This document shows positions 18,557-27,717 of a DNA stretch of 64,000 bases, piece by piece. The notes under the pieces were generated by a model that saw only the letters and a list, made by a program, of their open reading frames with translations, had not been told where the DNA came from and searched no databases. Origin of the DNA: Deltaproteobacteria bacterium (lineage in GTDB: Bacteria; Desulfobacterota; Binatia; Bin18); assembly GCA_016874775.1 (NCBI GenBank), contig VGTJ01000001.1, positions 40,887-104,886 on the forward strand, given 5' to 3'. A program made the translations under genes and the position numbers. Positions within the stretch are counted from its first letter, which is position 1; the number at the start of each line of letters is the position of its first letter.

Positions 18557-18769
18557 TCCTGCCGTCATTCCAGCGAAGGATGGAGGCTCTCAGTTTTTGA
18601 ATTGCTGGAGAAAAATAGAGTCTTTATCAGCACAGATGGTGGGGAGAATTTTACCTCTTTAGGCAATAGACTTTTTGATGCGGATGACTTGAAAATTGAT
18701 CCACAGAATCCGAATAGGCTCTATGCTGTTAAAGCAGGGAGTGGAGTGTACGTGTACGAAAAACAGTAG
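18557..18769 (+). pseudogene. C-terminal relic of a BNR-repeat (sialidase/Ycf48-like) protein
   Basis: A stop-free frame reads ...VFELLEKNRVFISTDGGENFTSLGNRLFDADDLKIDPQNPNRLYAVKAGSGVYVYEKQ*. It has a BNR-like S-x-D-x-G motif and no start codon, and the remainder of the gene would overlap the aminotransferase. Confidence 0.4.
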
Positions 18770-19370
18770 GGGGAGAGGTGGAAGTGATGGATCGTCTTGT
18801 GGGTTGGGTAATACGTATCTCGTGAAGTCATTGTACTTTTTCTCAAGCGTAGTCTGAGGTAAGGCTGCAGGCTGTTCCCAGCAAATTTAGTGACTGCGCC
18901 GGAAACGCTTTGCTTATTCCGGCCTACCTTTTGCGCACTTCACGTTGATAGTGAGCGAGCGCTCTGCTGAAGCAAATCCAAATACCACCAGTGTGAAGGT
19001 GAGGCGTTCGCGCGTTGGCGGAGTTCCGGCATGGGAGCGATTTCAGCGAGCCGAGTCAGTGCGATGGGAGTGGCAGTTAGCAGACGGGCGTCTGCTTCTT
19101 CCGACTGTCGCTGTTGATCGAAGGAAAGGTCAGCTTCTTTCTCCGCCAGAGTACTACGAGTGGTAAGAAGGTCGAGCCATGATCAGACAGACGCTCGGAT
19201 TTCGGAATTGGTATGGCCCGGTCAATATGCCGAACAATATCCAAGTCTGTCAATAAACTGGAGTCGGGTGGGTCATGGCTCGCCCGACTATGTCTGTGTC
19301 TAAGCGTGCCGGAGTTGCACTTCCCTTCTGTGTCCCGCACACTGGTTAAGTCTCTAAGTTGGAGGTTGAT

Positions 19371-19988
19371 ATGACAACAGCTCAATCTGATGAGAGTGGG
19401 ATGCAGCCGATGATTTTACACACGCGGCCAACGCTCGATATGAACGACGAACTTTTTTTCGATTTCTGTCGAACCAATCGCGAATGGCGGATCGAACGGA
19501 CTGCGGACGGAGAGGTGCAAATCATGCCACCAACCGGATGGGAAACTGGCACGTATAACTCTCGCCTCACTGCCTTCGTCACAATGTGGGCGCTACAAGA
19601 GGGGACTGGAGTCGCGACTGACTCTTCCACCGGCTTCACTCTGCCGAATGGAGCGATTCGCTCGCCTGATGTCGCATGGGTAAAGCGCTCACGACTTGTC
19701 ACACTCACGCCGGGACAAAAGCAGCGGTTTCTTCCTCTTTGCCCTGACTTTGTCATTGAGCTGCGCTCTGCTTCTGACCATTTGCGGACGTTGCAAAACA
19801 AAATGCAAGAATACGTGGATAATGGAGCGCAGTTGGGATGGTTGTTCGATGCACCGAATCGACGCGTCTACGTTTATCGACCCGGCAAAGCGGTCGAGTG
19901 CTTGGAAAATCCTGCGACGATCTTGGGAGGTCCCGAACTGCCGGGTCTTGAGATTGACGTGGCGAAAATTTGGACGTCGGATTTTTAG
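19371..19988 (+). CDS. Uma2-family (DUF820) PD-(D/E)XK-like putative endonuclease
   Basis: A GGAGG Shine-Dalgarno precedes the start. The sequence FFDFCRTNREWRIERTADGEVQIMPP...PDVAWV... has the Uma2-family layout. Confidence 0.8.
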   Translation: MTTAQSDESGMQPMILHTRPTLDMNDELFFDFCRTNREWRIERTADGEVQIMPPTGWETGTYNSRLTAFVTMWALQEGTGVATDSSTGFTLPNGAIRSPDVAWVKRSRLVTLTPGQKQRFLPLCPDFVIELRSASDHLRTLQNKMQEYVDNGAQLGWLFDAPNRRVYVYRPGKAVECLENPATILGGPELPGLEIDVAKIWTSDF

Positions 19989-21280
19989 ACCTTTGCCGGC
20001 TGCTCCGCACCTTCACTCTCTGTTTCTTCCCTCATCTCTAGTAATACCGGCACGCGCAACCAAAACCACAGCGCAGCAAAGAGGCACCCGACACCAGTCA
20101 AACCGACAGTCATTGGCGCGCCGATATGATGGGTGAGCCAGCCTGCCAGCAAACTCGCCAACGGTGGCGTGCCCATGAACATCATCAGGAACAAACTCAT
20201 CACGCGTCCGCGTAGACGATTGGGTGTGAGCGTTTGTAACATTGTGTTCGCTGCCGCCATCGGCACCATGAAGCCAGAACCAATCAGCGGCAACAGCAGC
20301 ATGGAGAGCCAGAAGTTACGAGAGAGCGAGAACAAAATCATACCGATACCAAAGCGAATCAACGCGAAAGTAATGAAGCGCCCCATCTCTTCGGTGTTCC
20401 GTTGCCGCGCAAGAAACATGACGCCTACAACTGCGCCTGCTCCGGCTGCACCTAATAGGAGACCCATTGCATCTGGCCCACCATGAAGAACATCCTTGGC
20501 GAAAATCGGCATCAGCACGGTGTACGGCGTACTGAGCAAGCTGATGAGGCCAATAAGCGTTAACAGCAGGCGGATGGCTGGCGTGTGAAACGCGTACGAC
20601 ATGCCTTCACGAATGAAGCTAGAGACCGATGACGTCATTGCGCGAGCTGTGCTTGATGGCACCTGCATGGCCATGAACCCGCCAATGATAGCGAGATAGC
20701 AAATGCCATTGACGGTGAAGCACATCCCTTCGTCAAATTTGGCGACCAGCAACCCGGCGATCGCCGGACCAATAATACGGGCGACATTGACTAAGGCTGA
20801 GTTGAGCGCAATCGCACTGGTTAAATCGTCTTTACCAACAATTTCTTGCAGGAAGGCTTGCCGTGCTGGCATTTCAAATGTCTGTAAAGTCCCCGCTACC
20901 AGCGCCAGGAGGAACACTTGCCACACGGTGATGAGCTGGTGTGAGGTTAACGCGCCGAGGATAAACGCTTGGACCATGAAGAGGATTTGTGTGTAGAGAC
21001 AAATTTTGTAGCGACTAAAACGATCGGCGACGACGCCACCAAAGGGCCCCAGCACAACAGCGGGAATCTGTCCGGCGAACGCGACGAGACCGAGCATGAG
21101 CGAGGACTGTGACAAGCGATAGACAAGCCATCCTTGCGCCATGCCTTGCATCCAGTAGCCAGTGCGAGAAACGAGTTGTCCAGCAAAAAAGAGACAAAAA
21201 TTGCGATGACGAAGCGCGCGCAGCGCGTACGGGAGGCGACGCCCTTCCCCTGCGGCGTCTGATTCAGGTGATGTTGGCAT
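19985..21280 (-). CDS. MFS transporter
   Basis: 431 aa with 12 predicted TM segments and the MFS motif GPFGGVVADRFSR. Confidence 0.85.
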   Translation of the reverse strand: MPTSPESDAAGEGRRLPYALRALRHRNFCLFFAGQLVSRTGYWMQGMAQGWLVYRLSQSSLMLGLVAFAGQIPAVVLGPFGGVVADRFSRYKICLYTQILFMVQAFILGALTSHQLITVWQVFLLALVAGTLQTFEMPARQAFLQEIVGKDDLTSAIALNSALVNVARIIGPAIAGLLVAKFDEGMCFTVNGICYLAIIGGFMAMQVPSSTARAMTSSVSSFIREGMSYAFHTPAIRLLLTLIGLISLLSTPYTVLMPIFAKDVLHGGPDAMGLLLGAAGAGAVVGVMFLARQRNTEEMGRFITFALIRFGIGMILFSLSRNFWLSMLLLPLIGSGFMVPMAAANTMLQTLTPNRLRGRVMSLFLMMFMGTPPLASLLAGWLTHHIGAPMTVGLTGVGCLFAALWFWLRVPVLLEMREETESEGAEQPAKV

Positions 21281-21392
21281 TGGCTGAACCTATCGTTCGT
21301 GGCACGTGTCTGTCAATGAAACGTTGCTTTGCTTGCTGTCGCCGGTGGTTTGCATTAAAAGCCTATTCGAATAATAACAGCCGTTGCACGTT

Positions 21393-21417
21393 GTCATTCT
21401 GAGCGAGGCGAAGAATC
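21393..21417. repeat. solo hairpin repeat gtcattctgagcgaggcgaagaatc
   Basis: It has the same gtcattc...gaatc hairpin consensus as the first half of the composite elements. Further solo copies lie at 18564-18590 and 38720-38780. Confidence 0.5.
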
Positions 21418-21529
21418 TTTTCTCCAGCGCGGAAGGGAGATGTTTCACGGCGCTCAAAACGGCATGGATGCAACCATTGTTGGAAGAAGCGCAAAGACGA
21501 GAGCATAGTTCACAAAAGGAGGACCACTC

Positions 21530-22408
21530 ATGAATGTAGGTATTTTGATTCCGGCAACGGCAACGACGGGCGATTTAGCAGAAATCGCCCGTCAAGTTGA
21601 AGCGAACGGGTTTGATTCGATCTGGATTCCTGAACATCCTGTGATTCCGTTTGGCTACAAAACCTCCGTGCCTGGCGGTGGCCAACTGCCAGAGCATTAC
21701 AATCGGTGGCATGATCCGTTTATTGCGCTGACGGTCGCTGCGACTGCGACGAAAAAAATCAAGCTCGCAACCGGCATCTGTTTGCTGCCTGAGCGTGAAC
21801 CGTTGATGACAGCCAAAGTGATTGCCAGTTTGGATTGTTATTCTGGTGGGCGGACGTTGCTTGGCGTCGGTGCCGGCTGGTTGAAAGAAGAAACAGAAGT
21901 AATGGGCACGAGCTTCCGGGTGCGGTGGAAACGATTACGTGAAACGGTCGAGGCGATGCGGGTCTGTTGGACGCAGGCTGAACCGAAGTATGAAGGAGAA
22001 CTGGTCCGGTTCCCAGCGGTGCATTGTGAACCGAAGCCGATGCAGAAATCTGGTCCGCCTGTGTTGCTCGGTGCGCATGGACCGAAAGCGGCGGAACGCA
22101 TTGCTCGTTTTGGTGATGGCTTGTGTCCACTCGTGGACAGCCCGGTGACACTGAAAAATGTGTACGTCGATCCGGCAAGAAAATTGGCACGTGAGGCCGG
22201 ACGCAATTCCGACAGCTGGCAAATCTCCCCCTTTGTCGATGCCGAAAACGGCAATTTGTCGGAGGAGAAGCTGAAACAGTATCGCGATGCGGGAGCAACA
22301 CGACTTGTGATGTTCTCTCAGCCGATGGCGACAGAGATCGCCAATGGCAAAGGACTGGAGTGGATTAAACGGACCACTGCTATTGTTGAGCGGGCGCAGA
22401 AGGTGTGA
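21530..22408 (+). CDS. luciferase-like monooxygenase (LLM) class F420-dependent oxidoreductase
   Basis: MNVGILIPATATTGDLAEIARQVEANGFDSIWIPEHP is an LLM TIM-barrel N-terminus. An AAAGGAGG Shine-Dalgarno precedes it. Confidence 0.85.
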   Translation: MNVGILIPATATTGDLAEIARQVEANGFDSIWIPEHPVIPFGYKTSVPGGGQLPEHYNRWHDPFIALTVAATATKKIKLATGICLLPEREPLMTAKVIASLDCYSGGRTLLGVGAGWLKEETEVMGTSFRVRWKRLRETVEAMRVCWTQAEPKYEGELVRFPAVHCEPKPMQKSGPPVLLGAHGPKAAERIARFGDGLCPLVDSPVTLKNVYVDPARKLAREAGRNSDSWQISPFVDAENGNLSEEKLKQYRDAGATRLVMFSQPMATEIANGKGLEWIKRTTAIVERAQKV

Positions 22409-22444
22409 CGTAAGCAGGGGCGCAGCATGCTGCGCCCCTACGTG

Positions 22445-23569
22445 TTACTTCTTGAGCACCGCTGTCAGCTCATTGCCAGCTACACACGGCAAATTGAACG
22501 CCGTTGCTACCCCAGGATGCGCAACTTGCCCTTGAATCGTATTCAACCCCCGCCGCAATGCAGCATTGGGTTGCAACGCTGACACTCCCTTATCGGCTAA
22601 TTCCAATGCGTACGACAGCGTCACATTGGTCAACGCATACGTGGAAGTATGTGGTACGATCGCCGGCATGTTGGTAACGCAATAGTGCACCACACCTTCG
22701 TCTATATAGATAGGATTATGGTGTGCAGTGGGACGCGAGGTTTCTGCACTTCCGCCTTGATCGATCGAAATATCAACGAATGCCGCACCGGGTTTCATCC
22801 CGCGAAAGAGCGTGCGAGAGAGAAGCTTTGGGGCACGGGCACCGGGAACTAAAATCGAACTGATGACCAAGTCGGCAGAGAGGGCTTCTTCCTCAATGTT
22901 TGCACGGTTTGACATCACCGTCGTGACATGTCCACCAAGAATATCATGAACATACCGTAGGCGAGCCGGGTTAACATCAAGAATGCTGACCCGAGCGCCA
23001 ATCCCTACCGCGACCTGACATGTACTCGTTCCAGCAATACCTGCCCCAATAATCACTACATGTGCAGGTTTGACTCCCGCCGCTCCGCTGAGCAACACGC
23101 CACGGCCTCCGTTCGTAGCTTGGAGGCTCCACGCTCCTACTTGAATCGCCAAACGCCCGGCGACTTCACTCATTGGCGCGAGCAAGGGTAAGGAACCATC
23201 GTCGAGTTGGATCGTTTCGTACGCTACTCCGGTGACGCGTTTCTCCAATAGCGTACGGGTGAGCGTTTCATCCGCAGCAAGATGAAGATAGGTAAAGACG
23301 ATCAGTCTAGGACGCAGCAGCGGATACTCCGCTGGGAGTGGTTCTTTGACTTTCAGTACCATGTCGGCTTGTTCCCACACCTCTTTGGCGGTGGGGAGGA
23401 TCGTGGCTCCGGCAGTCTGATAAAGATCATCCGGGATACTACTGCCATGCCCAGCGTTGTGTTCGATCAACACGTGATGACCGTGCGTGGCTAGTGCGGC
23501 AACGCCACTGGGAGTGATCGCTACGCGAGTTTCTTCAGCTTTGATTTCTTTTGGAATTCCGATGCGCAT
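22445..23569 (-). CDS. ald: alanine dehydrogenase
   Basis: MRIGIPKEIKAEETRVAITPSGVAALATHGHHVLIEHNAGHGSS is the AlaDH N-domain, followed by the NAD-binding motif GAGIAG. Confidence 0.9.
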   Translation of the reverse strand: MRIGIPKEIKAEETRVAITPSGVAALATHGHHVLIEHNAGHGSSIPDDLYQTAGATILPTAKEVWEQADMVLKVKEPLPAEYPLLRPRLIVFTYLHLAADETLTRTLLEKRVTGVAYETIQLDDGSLPLLAPMSEVAGRLAIQVGAWSLQATNGGRGVLLSGAAGVKPAHVVIIGAGIAGTSTCQVAVGIGARVSILDVNPARLRYVHDILGGHVTTVMSNRANIEEEALSADLVISSILVPGARAPKLLSRTLFRGMKPGAAFVDISIDQGGSAETSRPTAHHNPIYIDEGVVHYCVTNMPAIVPHTSTYALTNVTLSYALELADKGVSALQPNAALRRGLNTIQGQVAHPGVATAFNLPCVAGNELTAVLKK

Positions 23570-23630
23570 ATTTGTTATTATAATAGTTCCCTTTGCAGTG
23601 AGGAAGCGAATTGCGTATCTTGATTAGATT

Positions 23631-24506
23631 ATGACTGAAACCACCGGAACCCTCCTCGATGGAAAAGCGGTAGCACAGACCGTACGGCAAACTGTTAAAG
23701 TTGGAGTTGCGCAGTTTCTTGACCGACATGGATATGTCCCAGGCTTAGCGACCGTGTTGGTCGGTGATGATCCAGCCTCGCGTGTATACGTCAGTACAAA
23801 GGAAAAGGCATGCCAGGAAGTTGGCATTCGTTCTTGTCCACATCGACTTCCTGCCTCAACCGCAGCGAAGGAAGTGCTACAACTCATCAATGAATTGAAC
23901 CAATGTCGCGACGTGCACGGTATTTTAGTGCAGTTGCCGTTGCCTGCACATTTGGATCAGCGGGCTCTCATTTTGGCGCTGGCTCCGGAGAAAGATGTTG
24001 ATGGCCTCCACCCGTTCAATCAAGGGCGACTGGTGTTAGGGGAAGATGCGTTACGTCCCTGTACACCACTCGGAGTAATGCGGCTCATTGAACATACGGG
24101 TATGTCACTGACGGGAAAAAAAGCTATTGTCATTGGGCGCAGTATGTTGGTCGGCAAGCCTGTGGCACTGATGCTCCTTGAACAAAATGCGACAGTGACC
24201 TGTTGCCACTCAAAAACTGTCGATCTTGCTGGGGAAGTGCGAGCTGCTGATGTCGTCGTTGCCGCGATCGGACAACCGGAGGCGATCAAGGGAGATTGGA
24301 TCAAGCCAGGGGCGGTGGTGATTGATGTAGGAATCTCGCGTATGACTGACAATAAACTCAGAGGGGACGTGGAATTTACTGTGGCGAAAGAACGTGCCTC
24401 GTTTATCACGCCCGTTCCTGGTGGAGTTGGACCGATGACCGTTGCGATGTTACTCGCGAATACGTTGAAGGCCACGGAGAGAATAAGTAGTCAGCATTCA
24501 CAGTAG
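23631..24506 (+). CDS. folD: bifunctional methylenetetrahydrofolate dehydrogenase/cyclohydrolase
   Basis: PGLATVLVGDDPASRVYVSTKEKAC is the FolD signature. Confidence 0.9.
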   Translation: MTETTGTLLDGKAVAQTVRQTVKVGVAQFLDRHGYVPGLATVLVGDDPASRVYVSTKEKACQEVGIRSCPHRLPASTAAKEVLQLINELNQCRDVHGILVQLPLPAHLDQRALILALAPEKDVDGLHPFNQGRLVLGEDALRPCTPLGVMRLIEHTGMSLTGKKAIVIGRSMLVGKPVALMLLEQNATVTCCHSKTVDLAGEVRAADVVVAAIGQPEAIKGDWIKPGAVVIDVGISRMTDNKLRGDVEFTVAKERASFITPVPGGVGPMTVAMLLANTLKATERISSQHSQ

Positions 24507-24617
24507 TCAGTAGGAAAAGAAGGGCATCCGTAGGCAGAGTAGAGGAAGGAGCATTGATCATGAGCACTATTTTATGCTGGCTACTGGCTACCGACTACTG
24601 GCTACTCTGAGGTTTGT

Positions 24618-25703
24618 ATGCCCAAACGCACTCCTCTCTACGATACTCATCGATCTCTTGGGGCTCGCGTGATCGAGTTCGGCGGCTGGGATATGCCGGT
24701 GCAATACAGTGGCATCCTTGCCGAGCATCACGCTGTACGGACCAAGGCTGGTCTGTTTGATCTGAGCCATATGGGTGAGATTGAGGTCAGTGGGCCTCAT
24801 GCACTTGAGGCGTTGCAAGAACTGGTTGTGACAGATGTTGCTCGTGTCCAACTGGGCCAAGCGCAATACGCGCTGATGTGTTATCCTGACGGTGGCATTG
24901 TCGATGACATTATCATTTATCGCCAGGCTGAAGATCGCTTCTTTGTTTGCGTGAACGCTGCCAATATCGACAAAGACTTTGCGTGGATGACAGAACATAA
25001 TCGCCTCAAGGCGGTGATGGTTGATCACAGTGACGAATATGCTCTTATTGCTGTCCAGGGACCAATGGCTGTCGCGATCGTGCAACGCTTGACTTCGCTC
25101 AATCTGGCACAGATCAAACGCTATTGGTTTGCAATGGGAGAAGTCGCCGGAGTGCAGGCTCTGGTTGCGCGCACTGGTTACACTGGAGAAGACGGATTTG
25201 AGTTGTTTGTTGCTGCTGACCAAGCCGTGAAAGTATGGAACGCGTGTCTGGAAGCGGGCCAGTCTGACGGTCTTTTGCCGATTGGCTTGGGTGCGCGAGA
25301 CACATTGCGCCTCGAAGCCGCGTATATGTTGTACGGCAATGATATCGATGCGCAAACGACTCCTTTAGAAGCAGGGCTACAGCGACTTGTCAGGTTTGAA
25401 AAACCTGCGTTTCTCGGACGGGACGCGCTGTCGCAGCAACAGTCGACGGGAATAGGCAAACAATTTGTTGGTTTGAGCATGGATGAAGCTGGTATTCCTC
25501 GACATGGGTACTCGTTGTGGCACGATGGCCAGCGCGTTGGGGTAGTGACGAGCGGGACACAGTCCCCCTCGCTTGGCGTTGGCATTGCGCTAGGGTACGT
25601 TCCTCCTGCGGGCGCTGCGGTGGGAACGTCACTAACAGTGGAGATCCGTGGTCGACAGGTACGAGCGCATATCGTAACACGACCATTTTATCGCAAGGGA
25701 TGA
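24618..25703 (+). CDS. gcvT: glycine cleavage system T protein (aminomethyltransferase)
   Basis: RTPLYDTHRSLGARVIEFGGWDMPVQY...AGLFDLSHMG matches GcvT. Confidence 0.9.
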   Translation: MPKRTPLYDTHRSLGARVIEFGGWDMPVQYSGILAEHHAVRTKAGLFDLSHMGEIEVSGPHALEALQELVVTDVARVQLGQAQYALMCYPDGGIVDDIIIYRQAEDRFFVCVNAANIDKDFAWMTEHNRLKAVMVDHSDEYALIAVQGPMAVAIVQRLTSLNLAQIKRYWFAMGEVAGVQALVARTGYTGEDGFELFVAADQAVKVWNACLEAGQSDGLLPIGLGARDTLRLEAAYMLYGNDIDAQTTPLEAGLQRLVRFEKPAFLGRDALSQQQSTGIGKQFVGLSMDEAGIPRHGYSLWHDGQRVGVVTSGTQSPSLGVGIALGYVPPAGAAVGTSLTVEIRGRQVRAHIVTRPFYRKG

Positions 25704-25713
25704 GTAGACGGAG

Positions 25714-26103
25714 GTGGCTATGGAATTCCCCAAAGGGCTGCGATACTCGCAGGAACATGAGTGGGTTGCGGTAGACGGTGATATTGCGACCATTGGCATT
25801 ACGGATTATGCGCAGGAGCAACTCGGTGATGTGGTCTATGTCGAGTTGCCTGCGGTTGGCAAAGCCCTCAACAAAGCTGATACGTTAGGGGTTATCGAGT
25901 CGGTGAAAGCGGTGTCTGACATCTACGCTCCAGTGGGCGGAACCGTGACCGAAATAAATGCAGATCTCCCCAACGCTCCAGAAACTGTCAATGCAGATCC
26001 CTATGGCAAGGCGTGGGTGGTGCGCTTACGTCTGAGCAATCCGCAAGAAGTGAACGAACTGATGGATGCCGCGGCATATGAAAAATTTGTTGCGGAAGCG
26101 TAG
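25714..26103 (+). CDS. gcvH: glycine cleavage system H protein
   Basis: ESVKAVSDIYAPVGGTVTEIN contains the lipoyl-lysine region. Confidence 0.9.
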   Translation: MAMEFPKGLRYSQEHEWVAVDGDIATIGITDYAQEQLGDVVYVELPAVGKALNKADTLGVIESVKAVSDIYAPVGGTVTEINADLPNAPETVNADPYGKAWVVRLRLSNPQEVNELMDAAAYEKFVAEA

Positions 26104-26137
26104 TGATTAACCAGGAAAGTATGGATAACCTGAGGAC

Positions 26138-26226
26138 CGTCATTCCCGCGAAAGCGGGAATCTAGGATAATTAACCTCTAGCCTTGACTTGAAGTTCCTG
26201 GATGCCCGCCTTCGCGGGCATGACGG
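26138..26226. repeat. composite two-hairpin intergenic element (gtcattcccgcgaaagcgggaatc, spacer, cctggatgcccgccttcgcgggcatgacgg), copy 1
   Basis: It sits inside the gcvH-gcvPA intergenic region. A second copy with the same two-part layout occurs at 57453-57543. Confidence 0.6.
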
Positions 26227-26297
26227 GCGAGTTCTCCTCAAATTTCATTAGACAAACTCCCAGACTTTTTAGACTCCCGGACTCTTCGACTTTATTT

Positions 26298-27647
26298 ATG
26301 CGTTACATTCCCCATACTGACAGTGATATTGCGTTCATGCTGGCAACAATCGGTGCGGGCTCAGTTGCTGACTTATTTGCGCACCTGCCTGAAGCTCTCC
26401 GTTCACAAGCAGCGATCGATTTGCCGCTTGGCTTATCTGAAGCCGGAGTGCGATCTCGCTTAACGGAACTGGCAGCGACAAACCGTGTCAGTCCCGAGAC
26501 CGTCGCGTTTCTTGGAGCAGGAGCCTACCCGCACTTCGTTCCTGTAGTGGTCGACCAGATCATTCAACGTTCTGAATTCGCCACTGCCTATACGCCCTAC
26601 CAACCTGAAGTGAGCCAGGGAACGCTACAGACGATTTTCGAGTTTCAGTCACTGGTTGCGATGTTGTTCGGTTTAGACGTTGCCAATGCCAGTATGTATG
26701 ATGGTGCGTCGGCGACTGCAGAAGCTGTGTTGATGACCAAACGCCTGCTGCCACAACGGACGACAGTGCTCGTGGCGCGCTCGCTCCATCCGCAATATCG
26801 GCAAGTGATTCAGACCTATCTTGATGGCGTATCTGGCTTACAGATTGTCGAGATCCCGTGGGGAGCAGATGGACGGGTGGATCTCTCTCAATTGTCACGC
26901 CATTTAGATAACACCGTCTGTGGTGTCCTTGTCGGCTATCCCAATGTGTTTGGTGTGGTTGAAGATGTTGCCGCTATTAGTGAGGCGGCCCATAAAGCTG
27001 GCGCACTGATGGCAACGTCAACTGCTGAGGCGCTTGCGTTAGGATTGCTCAAATCTCCAGGTGAACTGGACGTCGATATTGCTGTCGCCGAAGGGCAGAG
27101 CTTCGGCATTCCGGTGTCATATGGTGGCCCTGGGGTCGGACTCTTTGCGTGTCGTGAACGTTTCTTGCGGAGTATGCCGGGACGCCTGGCCGGTGAAACC
27201 GTCGATCATGATGGGCGCCGCGGTTTTGTCTTGACACTCTCCACGCGTGAACAACATATTCGTCGCGAGAAAGCGACTTCCAACATTTGTACGAACCAGG
27301 GGCTCTGCTCGTTGGCAGCAACTGTCTATCTCTGTCTCATGGGAAAACAGGGACTGCGAGAGCTTGCCGAACGGAATGTCAAGAAAAGCCACTATGCGTG
27401 CGACTTGTTGACGCAAACCGCCAATTACCAACAGCAATTCTCTGCACCCTTCTTTAACGAATTCGTGGTGAACGTGCCGAATGCGCGTGCCACATGGCAG
27501 CGATTACAGGGGCAAGGGATTGTTGCCGGAGTGGTGCTTGAAGATTGGTACCCTGAATTGAAAGACTGTTTGCTATTGTGCGTGACGGAGATGCATACTC
27601 GTGGTGAGATTGAACAGTTAGCAGATGAACTGAAACGTAATGCGTAA
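26298..27647 (+). CDS. gcvPA: glycine dehydrogenase (decarboxylating) subunit 1
   Basis: The start is at the internal ATG 26298, giving MRYIPHTDSD.... It is a P-protein N-terminal subunit homolog. Confidence 0.9.
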   Translation: MRYIPHTDSDIAFMLATIGAGSVADLFAHLPEALRSQAAIDLPLGLSEAGVRSRLTELAATNRVSPETVAFLGAGAYPHFVPVVVDQIIQRSEFATAYTPYQPEVSQGTLQTIFEFQSLVAMLFGLDVANASMYDGASATAEAVLMTKRLLPQRTTVLVARSLHPQYRQVIQTYLDGVSGLQIVEIPWGADGRVDLSQLSRHLDNTVCGVLVGYPNVFGVVEDVAAISEAAHKAGALMATSTAEALALGLLKSPGELDVDIAVAEGQSFGIPVSYGGPGVGLFACRERFLRSMPGRLAGETVDHDGRRGFVLTLSTREQHIRREKATSNICTNQGLCSLAATVYLCLMGKQGLRELAERNVKKSHYACDLLTQTANYQQQFSAPFFNEFVVNVPNARATWQRLQGQGIVAGVVLEDWYPELKDCLLLCVTEMHTRGEIEQLADELKRNA

Positions 27648-27717
27648 AACGTAATACGTAACCGCCTCTCGTCCCCTCTTACGAATTACGGATGACGTGC
27701 AATTTGTGACAACAGCA

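Noticed and set aside
24507-24617. Possible glycine riboswitch upstream of gcvT (gaaggagca and ctctgagg fragments)
   Set aside because: Only short fragments of the aptamer consensus are present. There is no ACCGAAGG or CAAAAGGAC core, and there is no room for an expression platform before the ATG at 24618.
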